Source: Thermoplasmatota archaeon (lineage in GTDB: Archaea > Thermoplasmatota > Penumbrarchaeia > Penumbrarchaeales > Penumbrarchaeaceae). From it: a stretch of DNA of 21,318 nt. Below the pieces are notes generated by a model, which was not told the origin of the DNA, ran no database searches, and worked only from the letters and a program-made list of their open reading frames with translations. The DNA lies in NCBI GenBank assembly GCA_029762535.1, contig JARVGK010000044.1:1-21318 (forward strand), written 5' to 3'. The position numbers and the translations under genes were made by a program. Shown one piece after another: positions 8,673-17,175 of the stretch. Positions within the stretch are counted from its first letter, which is position 1; each line of letters starts with the position of its first letter.

Positions 8673-9486
8673 GCCTTATCCTGTACCTCTTGTTGGACAT
8701 GAAGTACGAGAAGTATCCCATGAATGCAACGGAGGTCCTCAGTAGCCACCAGAAACCGATAGGTTTCTCGAGCATCTCCTGAGGCTTGTAGTTCCCCCAG
8801 AGGGAGCCATGCTTCATCGTGAGCTGCTTCCTTCCGAAACCGTTCCAGAACGCCTGCTTCATGAAGCCTATCACCGTGGAGCGTTCCTTATGGTAGATGA
8901 CCATATCGGGATCCTCATGGATACCGTATCCCAGCTCCGTCGCCCTGAAATTCAGGTCAACGTCCTCGGCCGTGACGAACCTCGTGTCGAAACCGCCCAG
9001 CTCATCGAGTATGTGTTTTCTGTATGCAAGGTTGCAGGAGGGGAACGTGATGTCGTAACCCTTATGATACACCTCGACCCGGCCAAGGTTCCTCATCGGC
9101 TCGTAGCCCATGGTTATCGTTCTTCCCCCGACGATGTCATGGTCCTTCAATGAATGCCTGATACACCGCACCCAGAAAGGGTTGGCTATGCAATCCCCGT
9201 CGGTGAAGGAAACGTACTTTCCTTTGGCCATTTTTATTCCTGCATTGCGGCTCTCTCCTCTCTGGGCATCGTGCAGGTGCAACTTGACGAACGGGTAGCG
9301 CTTTGAATAACTCTTGACGATCCCCTGGGTGCCGTCGGTGGATGCCGCGTCGATAATGAGTATCTCCAGCGGAGGTTCCTGGACGACCAGAGAATCGAGA
9401 AGGAACCCGATGTTCGCGGATTCGTTCTTCACCGTTACAACGACGGAGACCAGAGCTCTGTTCCCCTCGTTCTTCGGTTCGTCCAT
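8656..9486 (-). CDS. Glycosyltransferase family 2
   Basis: VSVVVTVKNE, IIDAASTDGT, FTDGD (DxD), GGFD..F..AEDVDL. Confidence 0.92.
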   Translation of the reverse strand: MDEPKNEGNRALVSVVVTVKNESANIGFLLDSLVVQEPPLEILIIDAASTDGTQGIVKSYSKRYPFVKLHLHDAQRGESRNAGIKMAKGKYVSFTDGDCIANPFWVRCIRHSLKDHDIVGGRTITMGYEPMRNLGRVEVYHKGYDITFPSCNLAYRKHILDELGGFDTRFVTAEDVDLNFRATELGYGIHEDPDMVIYHKERSTVIGFMKQAFWNGFGRKQLTMKHGSLWGNYKPQEMLEKPIGFWWLLRTSVAFMGYFSYFMSNKRYRIRPKAGP

Positions 9487-9499
9487 GAGCGGTTCACTC

Positions 9500-9976
9500 T
9501 CACCTTTTCTTCTTCACTATGAAATCGGCCAGGGTCATGCCGGTAGAGGATGCGGCGGATGTCGCCCTGACATCCTCGACCCTCTCCATAAGTGTGATCT
9601 CCAGAGCCTTCTCCAACTTCCTTACAAGACTATCAGGTGGATGCAGTTGTTTCGTCTCCAGATGCGCTATGGTGGACACCTTCTCGTTGATCATTCTGCC
9701 CAGGTCCTCTCTGGATAGGGCCTTTCTCTCCCTTGCCCTCTGTATCCTCACATGATAATCGTCGGCGAGCTCCAGTTCCCTGTTGGCCAGGGCATCCTTG
9801 TTCGGGTTCGGAGCACGCGTCCTTGTTGCTCCTGCGGGCTGGACAGGTCTGCTGGAGGTCTCCTTTATCGGCGTGCCCAACCTGGAGCAGTCCGGACAGA
9901 CGTACATTCTGGCACCCTCTATGGAATGCAGTGAGAGGGCTCTTGAGGACCTTCCGCATCTTTCGCAATCGGCCAT
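9500..9976 (-). CDS. mbf1: Archaeal multiprotein-bridging factor 1 (Zn ribbon + Cro/C1 HTH)
   Basis: CERCG...IEGARMYVCPDC Zn ribbon; RIQRARERKALSREDL HTH; C-terminal MTLADFIVKKK. Confidence 0.92.
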   Translation of the reverse strand: MADCERCGRSSRALSLHSIEGARMYVCPDCSRLGTPIKETSSRPVQPAGATRTRAPNPNKDALANRELELADDYHVRIQRARERKALSREDLGRMINEKVSTIAHLETKQLHPPDSLVRKLEKALEITLMERVEDVRATSAASSTGMTLADFIVKKKR

Positions 9977-10031
9977 GTGGATCTACCCTTTGTACCGTAT
10001 GACGTATGATTTCAAATAAATTGCCCATCGC

Positions 10032-11789
10032 TCAGGACATTCCCCAGGTGGGTTTCTCGCGTCTTCTTATCTCAATGATATGTTCCAGGACCTCTTTCTC
10101 TTCAACACTAAGGTCCCTGGTCTTGAGATCAGTGACCTTCAAGGAGGGGATATCGATGTAGAGAATGTCCTCCTCCCAGAAATGCCTGCCCACCATTGGA
10201 CCATCGATCGCCATCGCCACCTCGTCCCCCATCTTCGCCTCCTTGATGTTCTTTCGATCTATCTGCATTGAGGAGATCCTGCCAATGACCTTCCCGTCCT
10301 CCCTCATGACGCTCTGGTTTATCCGGATCCTTCCGGCGAGGACCCTTATACCAACGACAGCGGGCTTCGATATCCTGAAAACATTGTCTCGAAGTACCAG
10401 AAACTTCGCCGGGTGAGCGTACTCGCTCCTTCTTTCGTTGTCCAGCTCCATTCTCCTTAATTTGGTCCATTCCTGGAAATCCTCTATTATCTTGTAGATC
10501 ACATTGTTCATGATCAGCTTTACGTCCGCCCCATCGGCATCGTTCTGAACATCGGGCAGGGCCTTGACGTTGAACGCTAGGATGACCCTTCTCAGAGGGT
10601 CCTCGACCGCTGCGATCTCCTTGATCTCGCGCTCCGAGATGTCCCCCACCTCCGCTCTCGATATCTTGAAACCCTGTTGCTTGAGAAGGTAGGACATCGC
10701 CTCGAGGGAACCGATGGCGTCTGCCTTGATGAATATCCCCTCAGGATCAGTCTCTATCGACACGCGGGTCATGCTGAGGACGTCCTCGATCGCCCTCTCG
10801 GCGGTCATCTTCCCCCCTATGACCCTCAGCGGGGCTCCGGCAACAACGTCCCCGGATCCCCTGGCCAGTATCTTCACGCCGGAAGCGGCGTGTATCTCCT
10901 TGATGTTATCGAAGCTCTCCTTGGGATCGCGTATCTCATCAAGGGGCTTTGGCTTCAGGAGGGATTTGACCTTCAGCAGGACAGGCTCGGATCCGGTGCC
11001 CACCACGAATGAATCCTCCCGGCGTATCATCCCGGAATAGATTATCGTATCCAGGGTGGTGCCCAATCCCTTCTCCTCCTTGACCTCCAGTATCGTTCCC
11101 TCGGCCGGGCCGTCCTCGGTTATCAGATTGCCTTCAAGATATTTTTGGGCGAGGCCTATGAGTATCATGAGGGCGTCCGGGATGCCCAGACCGTTCACGG
11201 CCGACATGGGAACGAGGGCGATCTCCTTGGAGAAATCACCTATCCTATCATAGCGGTTAGCATTGAAGCCGTGTGCCGACAGGGCTCCGATCAGGTTGAA
11301 CATCCTATCGTCCAGCTCCTGTACGAGGAGTTCCTCCTGATCCCTTATATTCAATGCGAACGACTGGTCCTCGACGACCTTCCAACCATTTATCCTGTCT
11401 ATCTTGTTAAGGCCTATGATAAAGGGGGTCTTGTACTGTTTGAGAATGTTTATCGATTCCACTGTCTGCGGCATCAGCCCTTCACGGATATCTATTATCA
11501 GTATGGCCATGTCCGCAAGGGACCCACCACGGGCCCTGAGAGAGGTGAAGCTCTCGTGTCCGGGCGTGTCGATGAAGAGCAGCCCGGGGACCTTGAAGTT
11601 GGGATCCCTTATCATGGACCCGCAGATCTTGACTATCGTCTCCGTGGGGACCTCGGTCGCGCCTATATGCTGGGTGATCCTTCCAGCTTCTCTCTCCACG
11701 ATCCCGCTGCCCCTTATCCTGTCCAAAAAGGTGGTCTTGCCGTGGTCCACATGGCCCAGGACCGATACGATGGGTTGTCTTATACGCAT
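10032..11789 (-). CDS. infB: Translation initiation factor aIF5B/IF-2
   Basis: RQPIVSVLGHVDHGKTT, ITQHIGA, DTPGHESF, NKID, KADAIGSLEA. 585 aa, no intein. Confidence 0.98.
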   Translation of the reverse strand: MRIRQPIVSVLGHVDHGKTTFLDRIRGSGIVEREAGRITQHIGATEVPTETIVKICGSMIRDPNFKVPGLLFIDTPGHESFTSLRARGGSLADMAILIIDIREGLMPQTVESINILKQYKTPFIIGLNKIDRINGWKVVEDQSFALNIRDQEELLVQELDDRMFNLIGALSAHGFNANRYDRIGDFSKEIALVPMSAVNGLGIPDALMILIGLAQKYLEGNLITEDGPAEGTILEVKEEKGLGTTLDTIIYSGMIRREDSFVVGTGSEPVLLKVKSLLKPKPLDEIRDPKESFDNIKEIHAASGVKILARGSGDVVAGAPLRVIGGKMTAERAIEDVLSMTRVSIETDPEGIFIKADAIGSLEAMSYLLKQQGFKISRAEVGDISEREIKEIAAVEDPLRRVILAFNVKALPDVQNDADGADVKLIMNNVIYKIIEDFQEWTKLRRMELDNERRSEYAHPAKFLVLRDNVFRISKPAVVGIRVLAGRIRINQSVMREDGKVIGRISSMQIDRKNIKEAKMGDEVAMAIDGPMVGRHFWEEDILYIDIPSLKVTDLKTRDLSVEEKEVLEHIIEIRRREKPTWGMS

Positions 11790-11994
11790 GAATGACCCCC
11801 GGAATTCCCCCGATACACCTATTGTTATAAAAACCCTGACGACCGGCTCGTGATAAAAAAGATATGCTCCTCCTCAACGAAAACCTCGACCGTTGTGGAA
11901 ATGTATGTATGCTTCGAATTTGGAACGATCTCGACGGCTATCTCAATGTTGTTAAATATCCGATCGTCCCATATCAAGAGCTGGAGGCTTTGAC

Positions 11995-14900
11995 CTGATC
12001 CTATCGCCCAGAGAGCTCGTTCCTCTCGTTCACGTTCTCAAGGGAGCGAGAATGTCTGTAGAGGACCTTGCCGATGCTTTAGGAGTATCCAAAAGGCATG
12101 TCCTCAGAACATGTTCCTTGCTCGAATCCAGAGGCCTGCTGGTCAGGACCAAAAATGGTGATGAGTATATGGTCGAAGCAAGGTCCGATGACCCTCTGAT
12201 CGTGAACCTGGGATCATTGATGGGGTCCTTGGACGCGTCCGCCATGATCGCTATTCTCGACAGGTCTAACGCTCTTCTAACCTTATCGGCCTTGGGGTGT
12301 GGATCATGGACGATCGACGCCCTCATCAAGTTCATCGATTGCTCAAGGTCTTCCGTTTATCGCACGATAGAATTCATTGAACGGGTCCTTCCCGGGGCCA
12401 TGATCAGGGATGGAAGGAGATCGTCCTTGCTCCGTTTGAACCACGAATTGGAGTATATGGATCCCCTGATGAAGCTGGCAAAATCGGTCCATCCATTGGA
12501 AGGCATCGATGGAATGGAGGACATGCTCTTAAAGGAGATCACAACGGTCCGGTCAAGGCTCGTCCTTCATCTTTTCCGGTACCCGGATCCCGGTGACCGA
12601 TACAATGCCCCGGTGGAATTGACCCAGAGGTTCATAACCAGGACACTTAGGACCAGCCAGCCCCTGATTAGCCGGGAGCTCAAGGACCTGATGGACAATG
12701 GTCTGATCGAAAAGACTCGGTTGAGGGTGCCTGGTTCGAAGAAAAGGGAGAACTCATACCGCCTTACGGAAAAGGGATGGAACGAAGGCGAACGCCTGAT
12801 GGAAAAGGCAAAAAGGTCCATGGTGGACCTTATCGACATGGATGGTGTCCAGGTCCGGGTGGCACTGACCGAGGTTCCCAATATGAGCAGGGTCTGCATA
12901 GACCTGAACGACGTTCTATATCATGCGGGATACATGAGGCCTCTGGTACTGGATAGGATCATGAAGGAGGCGGAGGCCCTGAGGGAGATGGATTTCATCA
13001 AGGGAATAAGCGGGACCTCCGTACCGGAGGACCTCTTCGGAAGGAAAAGGGAGGAAGAGGAATACCTAAAATGGCTGGAAGGGAAAGAGGGCACATTGCT
13101 GGTGATAGGGCCACCGGGCATAGGTAAGACCGCATTCATCTCACAGATGCTCAAGGGAACCAGGTCCGATCATATTGTATTCTCTCATGCGCTTAATGAA
13201 TGGAGCTCCCCTGGTTCGTTCATGAAGCATCTCTCCATCTTCCTGAAGGAGGATGGTATCCGCCATTGCTTTACGGATCCATCACCCAAGGGATCGATGA
13301 GCCTCAGGGAGCAGGAGATCATGTTCGAGAGGATGATCACCGGAACCAAGGTCCTCATTTGTCTGGACGATTCACATAAGATCGCCCCCGTGATGAAAGG
13401 CTTCCTCCTGAAGGTATTGTCCCTCTCCGGAGAAAATTCGAAGGTCGTCCTGGTCGGCAGGGAGAGACCAAAGGACCTGCCAATATCGAATTCTTGCCGT
13501 GTACTGAAGCTGGGAGGTCTGGACCTGGGATCCGCGATGTCGCTGCTTCAAAGGTCTGGCGGCCCGGTGGGCGACCTTGAAAGGATCCACGAGATCACAG
13601 GCGGCAATCCCTTGGCGATAAAACTCATCGCAAGTATGCACACAAGGGATTACGACGACCTTGGATCCCTGATCGAGCGGGAGATGATGCCCAACATATC
13701 GGCTAGGGATATGGAACTGCTTAACTTCCTGAGCGTTCTGAGGTATCCTTTCCCGCCTGTCGTAATGAACTATCACTACATCGACGACGGAGTTAGACCA
13801 TTGTTCAGCCTCGAAAGGTCCAGAAAGCGCATGGAGGATCTCAGATCAAGGTCGATACTGACCCACAGCGGGAACCTGTATCGTATGCATGACATAATAA
13901 GGAACCATTTCCTCAAGATAATGGACCATGAGACGCGTTGCAGGGCGAACAGGGCGGCATCGAAATACTACCTTGAACTCGAGAACGACCCCGCCCGGAT
14001 CGAGGCGCTGCATCAACTGCTGTCCTCTGGGGATACGGAAGGGGCGATGACCCAAATCGTGGAACTTGGAATGCCGCTGATCAAGAGGGGATATGCGGAT
14101 GAGCTGCGAGATGTCCTGTCCTTGATGGACCCAGCTGAAATGCCGTTGAAGCTCTCCCTGGAATACCATCATATCCTTGGAGAGGTCCAACATGTGATGG
14201 GAGATTGGGAATCCGCGATGAAGAGCTTCAGGAAAGCGTTGGAAGTGTGCGAGGAGATAGGCGAAACCGGGATGAAAACCAGATCGAAGATCATGCTTGC
14301 CAGACTGCTGATGCTCAGGGGCAGGTCCTCGGAGGCGATCGAGATGTTCCGAAGGACACTTGACCTCTCAAGGGCGAACGGGCAGTTCATGCACGAATCG
14401 TTCGCCGTTCGCCAGCTTGGATCGATATATTATCTCATGGGTGACAACGAGAACGCAAGAACATGCCACGAGAGGTCCCTTGAGATCGCCAGGATAACCA
14501 GGAGCAAGGAGTGCCTTGCCAACGCATATTTTCTGGGATCGCTGTTGAAGAGGCTGGATGGGGACAACGAAGGATGCGAGATGGAGATCAAGGCCGCCAT
14601 GGCGATATACGATGAACTCGGCGATACGATACAGAAATTGAAGCTTATAAACAATCTGGGATGGCTCTACAGCCTTCAGGAGAGATGGGAGGAATCCCTC
14701 GAGCTTATGGAGGAGGTCCTGGAGATGGCCACCTCCTGCAGCGACCTGGAGAACATCGGATACGGGCTACTCAACTCCGCGGATATTCTCATCCGTTTGA
14801 AGCGTTACGATGAGGCGAAGGGAAGGCTGGAAAAGGCCGAGAGGCTGTTCCACCGATTGGAGGACATGAGGCTGATAAGTTCGACCGAGTTCACTTTCGC

Positions 14901-15153
14901 ACAGCTTTACACCGCAACGTCCGAATGGGATGATGCCGCGGAACGGTTCGACAGGTCCATAGAAGGATACGAGAAGCTCGGGATCCTCAACCAGCTGCCG
15001 GAGCTCTATTTCTACTACGGTAACATGGAACTCGGGAGAGGGGATCGGGAAAGGGCGAAAGAGTTGTATGTTTTGGGTCTGAAGTATGCCCGGAGGATCA
15101 AGGATTCTTCCTGGTTGGAGAAGATTACGGATAGGTTATCCTCGCTCCATTAA
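11995..15153 (+). CDS. STAND (NB-ARC/AP-ATPase-like) regulator: 3x winged-HTH, P-loop NTPase, TPR array
   Basis: FGRKRE pre-P-loop; Walker A GPPGIGKT (~13108-13131); Walker B VLICLDD (~13351-13371); LVGRE sensor; GGNPL (~13600); MHD (13885-13893); ~400 aa of TPRs. First ATG is at 12052; the proposed start is the CTG at 11995. Confidence 0.88.
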   Translation: MILSPRELVPLVHVLKGARMSVEDLADALGVSKRHVLRTCSLLESRGLLVRTKNGDEYMVEARSDDPLIVNLGSLMGSLDASAMIAILDRSNALLTLSALGCGSWTIDALIKFIDCSRSSVYRTIEFIERVLPGAMIRDGRRSSLLRLNHELEYMDPLMKLAKSVHPLEGIDGMEDMLLKEITTVRSRLVLHLFRYPDPGDRYNAPVELTQRFITRTLRTSQPLISRELKDLMDNGLIEKTRLRVPGSKKRENSYRLTEKGWNEGERLMEKAKRSMVDLIDMDGVQVRVALTEVPNMSRVCIDLNDVLYHAGYMRPLVLDRIMKEAEALREMDFIKGISGTSVPEDLFGRKREEEEYLKWLEGKEGTLLVIGPPGIGKTAFISQMLKGTRSDHIVFSHALNEWSSPGSFMKHLSIFLKEDGIRHCFTDPSPKGSMSLREQEIMFERMITGTKVLICLDDSHKIAPVMKGFLLKVLSLSGENSKVVLVGRERPKDLPISNSCRVLKLGGLDLGSAMSLLQRSGGPVGDLERIHEITGGNPLAIKLIASMHTRDYDDLGSLIEREMMPNISARDMELLNFLSVLRYPFPPVVMNYHYIDDGVRPLFSLERSRKRMEDLRSRSILTHSGNLYRMHDIIRNHFLKIMDHETRCRANRAASKYYLELENDPARIEALHQLLSSGDTEGAMTQIVELGMPLIKRGYADELRDVLSLMDPAEMPLKLSLEYHHILGEVQHVMGDWESAMKSFRKALEVCEEIGETGMKTRSKIMLARLLMLRGRSSEAIEMFRRTLDLSRANGQFMHESFAVRQLGSIYYLMGDNENARTCHERSLEIARITRSKECLANAYFLGSLLKRLDGDNEGCEMEIKAAMAIYDELGDTIQKLKLINNLGWLYSLQERWEESLELMEEVLEMATSCSDLENIGYGLLNSADILIRLKRYDEAKGRLEKAERLFHRLEDMRLISSTEFTFAQLYTATSEWDDAAERFDRSIEGYEKLGILNQLPELYFYYGNMELGRGDRERAKELYVLGLKYARRIKDSSWLEKITDRLSSLH

Positions 15154-15247
15154 TGGCATTCCTCCGATAACATATCCGACCATGAGACTTCATTATTATG
15201 AAGAATAGGTATCTTTTTTGAAACTCCATATTATTAATAGAATGGGA

Positions 15248-15266
15248 AGGTATAGTTTGTATACCT
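15248..15266. promoter_or_regulatory. Palindromic operator upstream of the Fe-S protein gene
   Basis: AGGTATA-GTTTG-TATACCT with perfect 7-bp arms, between a TATTATTAATA box and the start codon. Degenerate copy at 15207-15225. Confidence 0.6.
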
Positions 15267-15276
15267 GGTGGGTCAA

Positions 15277-16089
15277 ATGGCAAAGAGACAGATAATAAAT
15301 ATCGATCATGAACTCTGCAACGGATGCGGGGCATGCGTTCCCGACTGCCCCGAAGGTGCGATTCAGATCATCGACGGCAAGGCGCATCTCATATCGGATA
15401 TTTTCTGCGATGGGCTCGGAGCGTGTTTGGGCACTTGTCCCGAGGGAGCGATCTCCACCATAGTTCGTGAGGCCGAGGAATACGACGAGAAGAGGACCAT
15501 GGAGAACATCGTAAAGGGTGGGCCGAACGTGATCAAGGCCCATCTCAAGCATCTCAAGGACCACGGGCAATGCGCCTATTTCGACCAGGCCCGGGAATAC
15601 CTCAATGAGAAGGGGATCGATGTCCCCGAGATCGAGGAGGAGACGCTTCCGTGCGGATGCCCCGGAACCGAAATGAGGGTCATCGATGTCAAAGGGGAAG
15701 GGGGATCAAAACAGAATGAGGCGAGATCGGAATTGAGACAATGGCCTGTCCAGATCCATTTACTCCATCCCAAAGCGCCATTTCTGGACAATTCCCACCT
15801 GCTGCTTTTATCCGACTGCGTGGCCGTGGCGAACCCCAACGTTCATTCCCAGTTGATACACGGCAGAACGGTGGCCATGGGATGCCCCAAGCTCGACGAC
15901 TCCGGGGCATATATCGAGAAACTCACAGGGATCCTCGAACAGAACCGGATCAAGTCCATAACCGTGGCGGTGATGGAGGTCCCCTGCTGCTCGGGAATGG
16001 TCAGGATCGCCAGGGAGGCGATCAGCAGGAGCGGAAAGGAGATCCCCCTGATCGTGGAGACGATCTCCGTTGATGGCAGGGTGCTGTGA
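15277..16089 (+). CDS. 4Fe-4S ferredoxin-domain iron-sulfur protein
   Basis: CNGCGACVPDCP and CDGLGACLGTCP; CGCPG; SELRQWPVQ; GCPKLDD; MEVPCC. This family of anaerobes is often found near hcp. Confidence 0.88.
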   Translation: MAKRQIINIDHELCNGCGACVPDCPEGAIQIIDGKAHLISDIFCDGLGACLGTCPEGAISTIVREAEEYDEKRTMENIVKGGPNVIKAHLKHLKDHGQCAYFDQAREYLNEKGIDVPEIEEETLPCGCPGTEMRVIDVKGEGGSKQNEARSELRQWPVQIHLLHPKAPFLDNSHLLLLSDCVAVANPNVHSQLIHGRTVAMGCPKLDDSGAYIEKLTGILEQNRIKSITVAVMEVPCCSGMVRIAREAISRSGKEIPLIVETISVDGRVL

Positions 16090-16188
16090 AACCAGATCAG
16101 GTCCAGTAAAAGTTATTTCATCTCCATCCTACCTTTTGTTGAAAGTTATTAATCCATGTAGTGGATTACCCAGACCAAGGGGATCGTT

Positions 16189-16563
16189 ATGACCGAGGAA
16201 TATCAGAAGGTGTTCAAGGGAAAGTATGGCTCTTACAACAGATACCCGCAGAACGAGAACGACAAGATACTTGCCGCGTTCTCGTATTTCACATGGATAG
16301 TCGCGCTCATCGCCCTGCTTGCGGTAAAGCCGCAGTCGCCATACCTGAGGTACCACGCCATTCAAGCCCTGGGACTGATGTTGTCGTTAATGGTCCTGAC
16401 CTTCGTAACGGTCTTTTTATGCTTCCTCATCATCGGATTCATACTACTTCCATTCGTATGGGTGCTGAGCTTCTATCCTATCGTCATGATGATATTGGTC
16501 CTCATCGAAAAGGAACATAGGATCCCATGGCTCTCCAATTACGTGGAGAGGAATTACGTCTGA
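16189..16563 (+). CDS. DUF4870-like (Tic20-like) small membrane protein
   Basis: DKILAAFSY, YLRYHAIQAL, three hydrophobic segments, C-terminal RIPW. Confidence 0.8.
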   Translation: MTEEYQKVFKGKYGSYNRYPQNENDKILAAFSYFTWIVALIALLAVKPQSPYLRYHAIQALGLMLSLMVLTFVTVFLCFLIIGFILLPFVWVLSFYPIVMMILVLIEKEHRIPWLSNYVERNYV

Positions 16564-16566
16564 AAG

Positions 16567-16593
16567 ATAACATTCATAACAATCATAACGTTA
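16567..16593 (+). repeat. Three imperfect 9-bp tandem repeats
   Basis: ATAACATTC ATAACAATC ATAACGTTA. Confidence 0.6.
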
Positions 16594-16631
16594 GCATATT
16601 ATTATCCTATTAACGCATGTTCCATCATCAT

Positions 16632-16768
16632 GGAGGCCGGGGGGATCCCCCGGGAACATCCCCTCCGGTGGGATTAACAGACGCCCGGCCTCCGGTAAGG
16701 GGTTGACCAGAGGATCTGGATGCAAGCGGGCAGACCGGGTACATTGACCCAACAGACCGTACCCTTTG
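16632..16768. ncRNA. Candidate structured ncRNA or structured DNA element, family unknown
   Basis: GC-rich island in an AT-rich spacer. 10-bp stem 16632-16641/16684-16693 plus further hairpins. No convincing ORF. Confidence 0.35.
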
Positions 16769-16887
16769 ATATCCATTATCGATTATCATTGATGTGGGAT
16801 CGGCTTTTTCCATCTTAATGACCCTTTCTTATTTGCGAAAGATAATAATCTCAGGGATAAGGATAAGTCTTGGATCGATGATCAAGG

Positions 16888-17175
16888 ATGGGTAAAAGCA
16901 TGATGTACTGCTCCAAATGCGGATCGGACCTGAGGGGGAACAGCAGCCGCTGCCCTACCTGCGGGTATTCTCTCAGCCAGATGAAGCTCGAGGATTCACA
17001 GAAGAGGATCGGCTACCGCCATTCGGAGATCGCACGTGAGAAACCGCTCGGAGACATCAAGCGCGACGAGAACGGCGATCCAATCATCCCCCACACGGAC
17101 GAATGGCGAAGGGCCCGGGAGGAGGACCAAAGGCCAAGGGTCCTGACCTTCAGGAAGTTCGATGACGAGAACTGA
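16888..17175 (+). CDS. Zinc-ribbon domain protein
   Basis: YCSKCG...CPTCG followed by a charged tail. Start may be the ATG at 16900 or 16903. Confidence 0.8.
   Translation: MGKSMMYCSKCGSDLRGNSSRCPTCGYSLSQMKLEDSQKRIGYRHSEIAREKPLGDIKRDENGDPIIPHTDEWRRAREEDQRPRVLTFRKFDDEN

Noticed and set aside
10032-11789. Possible intein in aIF5B
   Set aside because: Normal length with contiguous GTPase motifs.
16631-16693. Minus-strand GGAGGCC...GGCCTCCA resembling a tRNA acceptor stem and 3' end
   Set aside because: Only 63 nt. There is no TTCRA T-loop, D-arm or proper anticodon arm, so it cannot be called a tRNA.
16699-16712. GGGGTTGACCAG resembling an IscB omega/HEARO RNA motif
   Set aside because: No upstream complementary GTCAAC strand and no IscB/TnpB gene nearby.
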